A stretch of DNA of 64,000 bases. Origin: the human T2T-CHM13v2.0 reference genome, Homo sapiens. Positions 25,766 through 38,969 of this stretch are shown one piece after another. The position numbers and the translations under genes were made by a program. The notes below the pieces were generated by a model, which saw only the letters and a program-made list of their open reading frames with translations, made no database searches and was not told the DNA's origin. The stretch lies in NCBI RefSeq assembly GCF_009914755.1, contig NC_060933.1; one strand, given 5' to 3'. Positions within the stretch are counted from its first letter, which is position 1, and each line of letters opens with the position of its first letter.

Positions 25766-27581
25766 CGATTCTGTATGCCAGTCCAGATAGATATGGATCC
25801 AGGTTCTGAAAACAGGCAGCGCTGCATTTTCTTTTCTTTACACAATTCTCAAATATACACAGCTTTGTATTTTATTCTTATGTTTAATGATTACTAACTT
25901 TTAACAATGTTCTTAAAATTCTTAATATTTTCTACAACTGGGTAGGACCTCCTGGACCATTCTGAATAGGCACATCTCTGGAAGATAGTTTACACTTTGC
26001 TGAAATCTAAAGGGACACAATAATTGTGCACACATCTGAAATAAAACTACGTAACATCTGGATTGAATCCCTAATTTTTCTTTTCCTTCACTTCTGATAT
26101 TTTGATTAGAATTGTCTAATACAATGAACCAATCAATTACAGATAACCTATGATAACTCCCATATTTTATGAAAAGATAAATGGACTATAGAAAATTCCC
26201 AGTATTTATGAGCAAATTCCCAGTATTATGAGCAAAGAGAATTCTTTTATACAATTACCTAGTTGGTATTATATTAGAAATACCATTTTCAATGAATTTC
26301 AATGAATACCATTTTCAGTGAATTTACAAACTATCTGGGGGGAACTGAGAATATATTTCACAGATAGAGAAGGACCTTAGAAAGTTATAATCTTTATAAC
26401 TTACAAAAAAAAGAGACCACAGACTCACCCTCAAAACAACCCAGAAACTACAGAGTTGATCTCATCAGGAACACACCTGGAAGAAATAGCAAGTTTGACT
26501 AGAGATGTCAAAACTATTAGATAACTCTAAATTAGGAATGGGAGAGTGATAACCAGAGGTGACTCCAGTGAAATCTCACCACATAGGGAAAATGTCCCCT
26601 CTTATAAAAAGCAATACTTGGATCAAATGGGCCAGACAACAGATGCCCTAAAAGGTCTAAAAAGAAACTAAAAATATATAAGTGATGGGTCACAAGACAG
26701 ATCATTAGAGATTAAGAGTACTTTTAGAAAAAACATGAGATGAAGGACAATCCCTAGAAAAAACATAGAAACCAGAACAGTAACAATTCATAAAAATGTG
26801 TTTGTTTGTTTGTTTGTTTTTGGTGCAGGCTGTTGTTATTTATTATATGTTGACACAGTGGCAGAACAGCTCAAAAATTTTGGAGATGTTCATTTCTATC
26901 TTCTATCTGCCTGTGCTCCCTTTCTAGAGCAGGCTAACACAGTATAGCCTTGTAGACCAGTATAAAGTGGTGCTTTAATCTTATAGACTTACTTGGCCAA
27001 ATTAATCACTGAAGGGCTAGAACTCTTGAAAACATATTGGGATCTGGATGAATTTTCTACTTCAGCTGCACATATTGATTACATTAAGCAGATAAGTGCC
27101 ATATCTTCAATTTATTTTAAGCAGTACAGGCGGCCACAGAAAATAAAGAACCAGATGCTGCAAGACAAAAGAATTCAAAAGTGAATGTGTGTGAATTATT
27201 GTACAAAAAAAGGACTAGTCAATTTGTGAACAGATAGAGACAATGAGCACTTTCAATAACAAAAGAAACAAAAACTATAGAGGTACTTAATCACAACTGG
27301 TATTCATTATGCAATTAAGATATTTTAACATTTATTAATAAAAGCCTAAAGTGTTCATTGTATATCACTCTTGGATCGAATTAGGCAGATTTTAATTAAA
27401 AGATTACTACTAACAAATAAAAATGATGAGATTTGCAGGGGCTAATGCTTAAACCAGGAGATTTATGCCTTATTAAAATGAATTCCTCTAGTTTACAATC
27501 ATTTTCTACAAGTCAGAGCAGCACAAAGAACTGCCTAAGATCACAGAACATTTTGGATCTAAGCAGACCTTATGACCAATC

Positions 27582-28066
27582 TTTTCTTTTTATTGACACA
27601 TAAGAGTTATACATATTTATGGGGCACATGTGATATTTTGATACATGTATATACTGTGCAATGATCAAATGAGAATAATTGGGATATTCATCACCTCAAA
27701 CATTTATCATTTCTTTGTGTTGAGAACATTCCAGATTTTTTCTTTTAGCTATTTTGAAATATACAATAAATTCTTGTTAACTGTAGTTGCCCCACTCTGC
27801 TACAGAAGACTAGAACTTATTCCTTCTATCTAACTGTATTTTTGTACCAATTAACCAACCTCTCTTTATCTCTCCCTCCGTGCTCCCCTTCCCAGCCTCT
27901 GGTAACCACTATTTTACTCACTGTCTCCATGAGATCAATTTTTTATTATTCAGCCGTAAAAAAGAATGAGATCCTGTCATTTGCAGCAACATGAGTGGAA
28001 CTGGAGGACTTTAAGTGAAATAAGCCAAGCACAGAAAGAGCAATATTGTACATTCTTACTCATATG
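27582..28066 (-). mobile_element. L1MA-type 3' end with 5' inversion (27582-27945 minus, 27946-28066 plus)
   Basis: Antisense L1MA terminus runs to atgagatcaatttttt, then switches to sense attcagccgtaaaaaagaatgagatcctgtcatttgcagc ... ctcatatg; degenerate TSD tatgaccaatctttt / tatgatcatactttt. Confidence 0.85.
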
Positions 28067-28396
28067 ATCATACTTTTCGGTAACTGTGAAAACTGAGATG
28101 TATAAGGGTAGCGAATATCAGCGGTGGAATTAGATCTCAATTTTCAATTTCCCAACAATTCTGTTTGGAGGTTCTTTTATTACATCAAACAGTTGTAACA
28201 GCCCGCAAGGTCTAGGCTGAGTTTTGAAGAGAAAATTGTTTTCTCAGAGGCAAATTTCTAGAAAACTCATAAAGTCTATAGTAACTCTCTCCAACTGGGA
28301 GAAGAAACTGATGGCATCTAGTGGAGGGAACACTCAGAGTATGCTAAAGGCTTGAAAGATTAAAGAAACAATGGCTTCTAAATTATGCTGATAACC

Positions 28397-28439
28397 TATT
28401 AGTTGGTGCAAAAATAATTACTTTTGCACCAACCTAATA
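28397..28439. mobile_element. Internally deleted MADE1 (Hsmar1-derived MITE)
   Basis: tattagttggtgcaaaaataattacttttgcaccaacctaata is the two MADE1 terminal inverted repeats fused at AATT, with TA flanks. Confidence 0.85.
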
Positions 28440-28681
28440 GAAGAAATTCTCTTTATTGTTGTAATAGCGCATTGGCCATTAATAGCATTTGTGGTGAAGT
28501 TCAAGAAGGGTCAGACTGGTAAATTATAGCAAGGCTCACGTTGTGTAGGGAGTTGTTATTAAACAACAGATAATTAACAGCTCAAGACCAACTAAAGCAT
28601 TAACTCCAATTTCTGGAGCTTGCCTAGCTCTGCAGATCCTCTTGCTTGAATAACATCCCCGACCAGTGATACAATAAATGA

Positions 28682-29057
<376 letters not shown>

Positions 29058-29103
29058 ACAATAAATTTAAAAGTAAATGTTTTTGAAAAATTTATTGGTT
29101 TCC

Positions 29104-29427
<324 letters not shown>

Positions 29428-29954
29428 AAAAATTTACTGGTTTCGTTCTACTTCTGCAAATTTAAAAGCAGCCTGAAGATAGCAGCTGCTGCTGATAAAA
29501 CGTGGGCTGAACTAGTCTTTTGAACCTGAACCCTTTCTGGGAATGAGGGTGGTTCAAATGCAACCTTTTTGGGAAACCTTTGCTTAATTGGTAAGTTTGT
29601 TACCAATATGAAGCTTGGACAACAGAAATCATACACTATCCATAGGAGACAATGAGTGAAAGGAACTGAAGCCAAGGCCAGTGCCTGCATAAAGTGTTTG
29701 GAGAATCTGAAATTTATGTTCCTAGAGAAAGAAGGAGGACATGAAAGCCTGGGAGATATCTTTGGAACCAAAATGGAAAACCAATAGGGTAAACCGAAAT
29801 TTAGAGGGAAAGAGAGATTTCAGTTTATAGAGTAATACAGTTATAAACTACACTCACTGATTGTACACTTGTCACCACAGCTTTGTTGTAGCCTTAAAAG
29901 ATGACTTGTTATTCCTGGAAGTGATCTTACTGTTACTGTTTATTTTATTAAAAC

Positions 29955-30500
29955 AAGGTCTTTCTGGAAAACCTGATCATATCGTTCAGCTGCTCCCCAT
30001 TGCCTAAGAGTTTGTGAACAAACTTCTTATGGCATTCTGAACCCTTTTCTATCTCTTTTCCTTACTCATCTCTCATTACGTCCTTCCTTCACATCTTACA
30101 CTTGAGCTACAGGACCACTTGCAAGTCTCCAAACGTTGTGTCATAACGGTTTGTGTTGTTTTTTCTTGAGCTGCTTCCTTTGCCTAAATTGCTCTTTTTG
30201 TTCCTTCCCTTGACCCCTTATGAATCTGCTGTCTTGCAAAACTTTTAATTGATGAAACTATTCCTAACCTACGCCTCAGGGAGAACTGACCATTCACTCA
30301 TTTGTGCCCCAATGCATCCCACAGATGCTTAGATCATAGTAAGGATTCTATCTTAAGGCATTTGCTTGTTTGAGAGTTGGTCTCAAATAGACTGTGAACA
30401 ACACTGGGTTAGGAACCCTCTCTGCTTTATTGCTATAGACGTAGTTCTTAGCATCATGTTTGCATAGAGAAGATACTTGATATTTGAAGAATGAATGAAT
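29955..30500 (+). mobile_element. L2 3' region
   Basis: gctccccattgcctaag ... tagactgtgaac ... ends gaatgaatgaat. Confidence 0.7.
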
Positions 30501-30859
30501 GGACCAATCAACCAATCACTGGATAAATATATACTTGATGAGACTGGTCTTAATAATACTATTGCAGCATTATCATTGCTTTAAAATATTTGTAAAAAAA
30601 TATAAGAATAAGCACTGCACAAACTCTCATTATCTTTTTCCTTCTTGGGCAGAAGAAACATTTAGAGAATCTCAAGGTTAGAAAGGACCTTAAAAATAAA
30701 TTCATTGGAAAAGAAAAATCAAGTTCCAAGTATAAGAATCATAACTGATGACACAGATACAATCATACTTATTAGGGGACAAGAAATACATCTCTAGAAA
30801 ATCAAGCAAATAAGGAACAGAATAAACACAGCTCATGGTTTAAAAAGACTTATTACACT

Positions 30860-31015
30860 CAGCTACTCGGAAGGCTGAGGCAGGAGAATCGCTTGAACCC
30901 AGGAGGCGGAGGTTGCAGTGAGCCAAGATCACGCCACTGCACTTCAGCATGGGTGACAGAGTGAGACTCTGTCTCAAAAACAAAACAAAACAAACAAACA
31001 AACAACAAAAAAAAA
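30860..31015 (+). mobile_element. 5'-truncated AluS (right arm only)
   Basis: cagctactcggaaggctgaggcaggagaatcgcttgaacc ... gagactctgtctc followed by (CAAA)n; flanked by acttattaca on both sides. Confidence 0.9.
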
Positions 31016-34000
31016 CTTATTACAGAGATTAAGGAAGTAAAAAAAATAATTGTAGTGACATTTGGAATTCAAGGCACAAACAAGGAATAACAGAAGAAAA
31101 TAAATAGACCAGAGCATTATAGGAATAGATTAAAATTTTAAAATAATCAAAATAATTAAATGCTTTCTTTCCAAAGGCGTATTCTCTAAGTTATAGCACA
31201 AAACTAGACAGTATTCACAAATACTTTGTAATAATAATTTCTAGTTTTTTTCCCAATATAAGCAGTTGGTTCACTTGGATCAATCTTTATGCACCTCCTC
31301 GTCTCCTCTTACTTTTTTCCTGGCCAAAGTTACTACACAACCTGACTATAAGACAGCACTTCTGATGCCGCCCTAAATCGTGGTGATGGTCCAGCATAAC
31401 CTTTGGTTTCAGGCTTGTAAGACTGATAAGGAGACTGGAAGGGCCAGGCTAGAGCAAGAATCTATATCTGGCCTCTACTAAGCAGGTAGTCACAATACTA
31501 TTGTAAGGGCAATATCTTCCTTCTGGATCAGAGACACTATGAAGGACTATGTCTTTGAGGTTTACAAAGTGCTTTCAAAACTATTTTCCATTATATGCCC
31601 AGTGGGATGTAGAAGGCAACTTTTTCTCTCATTTGTTTTCAACAGAAATCACTGATTGATTTGCCTTAACACTATCCTTTGCTTCAGTGCTATTTGTAAA
31701 CTGCCTTGTTCCAGGAGGAATAGGATAGCCTAAAATGAAAGTGACATGAAAAAAGAAAGAAACAATGGGTGGGGACCTAACATGTAGCCAGGAATCAGGT
31801 AAAAATGCATACAGTAATGACCTACACAGTTGTTATTGGGTGTGGCTAAGATAACACAAATCAGAGCCAAAGGAAACACCTTTGATCATTGACTTCCTTG
31901 GACACAAGTAGATTAATGGCCTTTTAAGCATTAGGTAATATAGGGTCAGTCCTTGGAGAGAAACCTCCCTTGAGGAAGCTCCAAACACTGTCAAGTAATA
32001 GAAAGGCACACATTCTAAAGGCATATTTAAATCCAGTGGCTTACTTTGCGTAAGGGAAATTATTAATATAACAGTTAACTTTTTTTTTTTTAACAAGGTA
32101 GGTTAAATGTAACTTTGGTCATCAGCATAACAGACTTTGTATCCATGGTGGTAAAACATTTTATGGAATTTGAAATATATGGTGGAAAAATATACTCAGG
32201 AGATTTTTAATATCCAGAAATAAATTCAATAAATATATTTCCAAATAAATTGCAAATAAAATTTAAGCATTCAAAAATCAAAAATGTATAATGGGAGAGG
32301 AGCAGCAATATGTGGAGATGTGAAAGATCAATTGACTTTGAAAATTTGAAGCATCTGAAAGCACTGAAGTTTTGATGCTACTCAATGGCACAAAAGAATA
32401 GAAAGGAGGCAGATTTTGTTTCCAAGTTATTAATTTCCAAGTTATTAATGATTGATTAATGACCCAGAGAATGACTAATGATATGAGAGTGCATGACAGC
32501 ACATATATGAAAGTGCTTTGTAAGCTTTAACCAGCTGATGATGTTCATCATCATCATTAGGCTTCTATTACATGTCACATATTGTGCTTGTTGCCGCAAT
32601 TAGGATAAGATAACACAGGCAGACAGCTGTGGCCACACAAGGCAAGCTTTATGCACTGATGTTCTTTGGTAGTTGGGGGTGGGGTCACATAGAATGTGAG
32701 GGTCAACCTTACAGGTCTAGTCAGTAACACACAGAAATTTTTATGTACTGTCATTTTCCTTTACCAAACCTGCTTCTCTCCCCATGTCTAGCTGTTAATG
32801 AACCAAATTAACCATCCTTGCAAGCAAATGACATCTAGCAAGGGCAGTTTCAGAGAAGTCTAAGCTTCAAATAGTATAATCTTGCAAAGTCAGTCATGGC
32901 TCCAGCCCCAGTTGGGGCATGCCCCTTTATGTATTCACACAACAAAGCTGAGGTTATGCTTGACTCTGTTGTACTCAGGATTTGGGATGCCTCATTTCCT
33001 TTTTGCCCGGCACTGTACATATGTGATAAATGCTGATGACTGAATGGGAACTGCTTAAGATTTATCTTATCACTCTGAAGGCAATTTATTTTCATCTGGG
33101 GAGGACAAAGGAGGGATTTTTGCATTTTGCAAAAGAGACACATATTTGTTGCAATTCTATGAGACAAGTTAAAGTCAGTTTGGTTTTTCTTCCAATTGTT
33201 TTACCTATTATTTGAATAAGAATCATGTCAACTGCTTTCCTCCCCTTCTTCCAAAGAAACTACAATGAGCAAAAAAAACAAGCCATGCTCATTCATTGAT
33301 TTAGTTCTTAAGGACATATCCAGTCCCAGGCACTGCATTAGGTACTGGGGAACTCTGATGAATAAGTTACAGTTCCTGCTGCCTAATGCATCCCTCATGA
33401 GTGAATGAATGAATAACTTGTGACTCACACATAGTAATGTTTTAGGGAAAGAGAAAGTTGTTGGCTTGAATCACCTTAGAATAAGCCACAGAACGTATCT
33501 TAAGGGCTCACAGTGTTGTGTCATAAATAGCAGAGCAGATGTAACCCTCGGCCTGCCTCCAGTTCACAGTCTGGTGCAGGGCTTGCCACAAGTACGTAAG
33601 GTTCCACAATACAAGGCATCGTGTGTTTTGCTGTAAAAGAGGAGGTGAAGCAGATGGGGGATGTAAAGATGTTATCCACTAGGCTGGCGAGGGAAAAATT
33701 ACAGCCGGAACTCTTTCCCAGGAAGGAATTCAGAAACCAAATCCAGCACAAAAGAAAGATGACTCCGTGTTGGTTTGTACCTTACTGTTCTTTCCTGTGT
33801 TGAAACGTTAACATTTTCAGATATAATAGGTCTTTTTTTCCAGTTCACTCAGCACAGACAATGTGCTAGAAGCCTGGACGAAGTTGGCCCATCAGCAGGG
33901 CTTTGCACTTAAAACAAAGATCTGAGCTTTCCTGACTGTGTAAATGAGAGTTGGGACATTAATACACAGAGAAATGAGTGACACATTTGGTTGTGGGGAT

Positions 34001-34580
34001 TAGTGCCACTGTATGGAAATGCCACGTTGGCGCCCCTACATGAACATTCTAGACCTCTTAAAGTGTGAATGGAGCTTCCATCCATCTCCCCAAAAAGAAA
34101 ATTTCCCTTTAAGTGGCACTCCATTCAAAGTGTTTTTGGGGTTTTTTTTTTAATCCTGTAAAAAGAAGGGAATTACAATTAGGAAATATACTTTTTCCTT
34201 CACAAGAGAACTGAAAGATAAGAAATTTGCCTTTTTGTTGAGTTTATTTATCAAAAGGAAATGTAAAAGCAAAATGTCTAATATGAAACACTAATGAGAA
34301 TTACTCAATTTAAACATTATCTATAGATTATTCAATTTTATTAGCTAGAGCCAGTAGACAATAAGGCAAGAGGTTTAATTTACCATACTTTTAGTTAAAA
34401 TGCCTACATATAGCAGGGTTCCTCATATATAAGAGATGTACAATGAATGAGTTTATGTAAATGTTCGTTTAACAATCCATTGTGTATCCTCAAGAATACA
34501 AAAAAGAATGTCTTCTCTGGAATGTAGAATTGTATAGGATTTTAAATTGTCAGATAATTTTTCTTTTGCTGATTTTTTTA

Positions 34581-34880
<300 letters not shown>

Positions 34881-35795
34881 ACACCTCACTCTTTTGGCAA
34901 ACTTGACTATCCAAAAAGCAGCCCCAAATCATAATGATATTTGTTAACTAAATACTTGTCTGATAAGAAAAAAAAGTCTTCTGTGAAGTTACTTATTTTT
35001 AATTAAAGAAACACAACTCAGGTGCTCATTCTGCTTCCACTTTCTCTAATTCACTGCCTGCACCAATAAGTACATTAATGTGGTTTCCAAGAGCTCAGCA
35101 GGTTAGAAACAGCTTGGGGAAGAGTGCAAAGAAGGAGGAGGGATAAGAAGGCAAGGACCTCAGAGGCGGATAAGTAGGGAGTAACCAGAAAACAAAGCAT
35201 GCTGGGGCCAACACATATTAACAAGCCTGGAACAGCCCATCTTTCAGCACTATACAGACCCCGATGGCCACAAAATGACACAGTCCTCAAGGAAGAGCTA
35301 AATTGGGTTTGTTATACTTAGTTTAAGAAGACAGTAATCACTGAGAATATATATTTTTCAGAGGTGTTGAAGTTTTGCTGTAGAGACAGGTCAACAAGAT
35401 TTAGAGCTATAAATAGAAAATATTTTAAAAGAGGGCTTCAGGGAGAGTCTTCATTGAACAATGGTTTCTTTTGATATCAGCAAAATCTGAAAGGAGCTTT
35501 TCTAACAATTTTGTTTATATGTCAGAGCTTAAAGTTTTCTTATGGCTGGGGAAGCTTTCCTTATAATGATCCCCGAGTCTCATAACATCTGCTTTGTTGA
35601 TGCTGTTTAATGAAGTAGGTAAGCAAAATCTCAACTGTTTTGGCAACTTTCAAGGGGCAGATGCCAGTAATCCTGAAGAGCCACCTCCAGAGCATCAGTA
35701 ACAATTAGATATGACTCCCATCAATCATGGATTATCCACTTTCCTCCAGTTGCATTTCTGAGCCTACAAATGCAATGTGGGTCATATTCTAGAGG

Positions 35796-36090
35796 AGCAT
35801 TTCCCAAACCTATGCCTTTTATAGCATATTCCTGCATGATGTTGCTTTAAAAGTTTCTGAAGTTAAGTATGTTTGAGATTGCGGTACATTGTAATGTTCT
35901 CCTGGAGATACCAAATACACATTGACATATTAAAGAACACAAGTGCTGCAGTAAAGAAAGCTGTTCAATTTTGTTTAAACCAATATTCCCTAAACGAATG
36001 TAATGAAAAGTCTCTCTCTTCTTTGTTTAGAGATCAGCAGCAACTGTTAACATCTTACAGAAGATACCAAAGGTCCTATGTTAGAATTTT
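35796..36090. mobile_element. MER103C-like (hAT-Charlie)
   Basis: cacattgacatattaaag ... ctgcagtaaagaaagctgttcaattttgtttaaaccaatattccctaaac. Confidence 0.6.
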
Positions 36091-36375
36091 TACAAACCGA
36101 CTGAGGGTGACAGCCTCCATTTAGTTGTAATTATACAATTATATTATTTCATATTTTTTCAAAATAAAATATATTTAGTTATTCTGAAGAGTAACATACT
36201 ACTGTATAGACAGGCCAACAAGATTTATATCCATAAATGGAAGCATCAACATTTTAGAAATACCTAGAAATGTGATGAATAACCTTTTGTCATCTCTATA
36301 ATAACAATGCTCCAGTGACCAATATACAGACATTATTATCCTCTGTCTGGGATCTGGATTCTAATAAGAAAGTCG

Positions 36376-36655
36376 TTTCTTTTTTTTTTTCTTTTGAGAC
36401 AGCGTCTTGCTGTGGCACCCAGGCTGGAGTGCGGTGGTGCAATTGCAGCTCACTGTTTGCCTCAACAACCTGGGCTCGAGTGATCCTCCCACTTCCCGGG
36501 TAGCTGGGAATACAGATGTACGTCAAAATGCCTGGCTATTTTTTACTTTTTTTGTAGTGACAGGGTCTCACTATTGTCACCAAGGCTGGCCTGCAATCCT
36601 CCTGCCTCAGCCTCTCAAGGTGTTGAGATTACAGGTGGGAGCCACCTAGGCCAGC
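36376..36655 (-). mobile_element. AluJ
   Basis: cctgggctcgagtgatcctcccac ... gacagggtctcactat. Confidence 0.9.
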
Positions 36656-37245
36656 AGAGATTCATTTCTTGTTTGAGAATCCTGACTTTTCTGTTCTCAA
36701 ACAAACAATAATAGCTCATAAACTATGAGCTATTAAATAAAAGTATGATTTTGTTCTTCCTTGACAACTTAAAAAAATCTTAATTTTGCTAAATTTTTAT
36801 TTCTTTTATAAATAGGGGAAGAAGTTTTGTGAATTTATCAGCTATTTCCTATTGTTAAAAAAAAAAGAATTCTAGGTAGTAGCCAGGGATTTTAGAGATT
36901 ACATATATTACAGAAAATAAATGAGGAGGGATGAAAAGAAAATCTCGAAATGGAAATGACATATAGGTTTCATCTTCTGCAATTAGCCTCGAATATGAGC
37001 CAACTGAATGTTCCCTCACTGGGCCTGAGCGCTGAAAGAGAGGGCCGAAATCAAAGGCAGATAGGGCTGGTGACCTCCTGCTTGTTAAATTAGTGCCATC
37101 TTTTTGTTAAATTTCAGGGAAGTAAATGCCAAGAGTGTTTTGGGAGTCCTTGGAAGTTTGGGAAAGGCTTCTCCAGGACTAGAGAATAATATGTAGATGT
37201 GGATTTTCAAGCTTGTTAGTTAAAGTGAATAAAAATGATCTTTTA

Positions 37246-37662
<417 letters not shown>

Positions 37663-37739
37663 TTATCTACTCTTGAGATTTATATTACCTTACTTTATAA
37701 CACAGTTTATTGAAAACAGTATAATTTTACTTAAAAATA

Positions 37740-38941
37740 CAGTTTATGTATGTTATCCACTGATTCTATATGTTTAAATATGTCTACTTGCTAAAATGTA
37801 TTTGTGACTCTGAAATCAATACTGGCAGGGCTTACACCATCCTCTGTGGACATGTGTAGAGTGACAAACAATTAGAGTCACCCCATGTGCATGTTGCATG
37901 TTCCCAGCTGAGGCAGGACAAGGTGACACTCTGCCTCCTTGTTTCAGTTGCATGCTGTGAACTTTTCACGGTCTATGTAGTGCCAGTTTTTACATTTTAA
38001 TACTTTTTGTTGATGATTTTGCTCTTAAAATGTCTCCGAAGTAAGTGCTGAAGTGCTGTGTAGTGTTCCCAAGTATAAAAAGGCTGTGATATGCTTTAGG
38101 GAGGAAATATATGTTAGATGAATTTCATTTAGGCATCAATTGCAACAGCATAGATGCAGCTGTTGGCCCTGAACTCAAATTTCTGTATGTATGTCTTTAT
38201 TTTAGATTCAAGGGTATAGGTACGGTTTTATTACATGGGTGTGTTGCATGACACTGAGGTTTGAGCTTCTACTGATCCCATTGCCCCAGTAATGAACATC
38301 GTACCCAATAGGTAGTTTTCCAACCCTTCATTCCCTTTCTTTATCCCCCCTTTTCAGGATCCTCAGTGTCCACTGTTTCCATCTTTGTGCCCGTGTGTAC
38401 CCAATGTTTAGCTCCCACTTATAAGTGAGAACATACGGTATTTGGTTTTCTGTTTCTGCATTAATTCACTTAGGATAATAGCCTCCAGCTGCATCTACGC
38501 TGCTGCAAAAGGTATGATTTCATTCTTTTTAATCGCTGCCTAGTATTCCATTGTGTATATGTACCACAGATTCTTTATCCAATCCACAACTGATGGGTAC
38601 CTGGTTTGATTCCATGTCTTTGCTATTGGGAATAGTGCTTCAATAAACATACTAGTGCAGGTATACTTTTGGGAGGACAATTTATTTTCCTTTGTGTATC
38701 TATCTAGTAAAGGGATTTAAGCTCAATGCCAATGAATCAACAATATATATTAAATAAAGTGTCTTTGAACAGACATACACATAAATCAATGTCATATATC
38801 AGTTAGTTGACAAAAATCGTATGAGCAGAGGCTCCCAGGAACCTGTGTATTTCCCTTAGGAGCAGTGGTTCCATATTTGCTAATTCAGTGTTCATGGTGA
38901 CTTTATAGAACATAATTGCTACAGATAATGAGAATCAACTA
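37740..38941. mobile_element. MER82 (TcMar-Tigger), split by an L1PA
   Basis: ctacttgctaaaatgtatttgt ... gttcccagctgagg ... caaggtgacactctgcc; right end gactttatagaacataattgctacagataatgagaatcaact. Confidence 0.8.
38180..38718 (-). mobile_element. L1PA15/16-type 3' end
   Basis: gtacccaatgtttagctcccacttataagtgagaacat ... gcctccagctgcatc. Confidence 0.85.
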
Positions 38942-38969
38942 TTCAATTAAATAATATTAAATCATTTCA

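Noticed and set aside
28312-28324. CTCF-like motifs (also about 24326 and 34030)
   Set aside because: Each misses a strongly constrained core position or has the wrong spacing.
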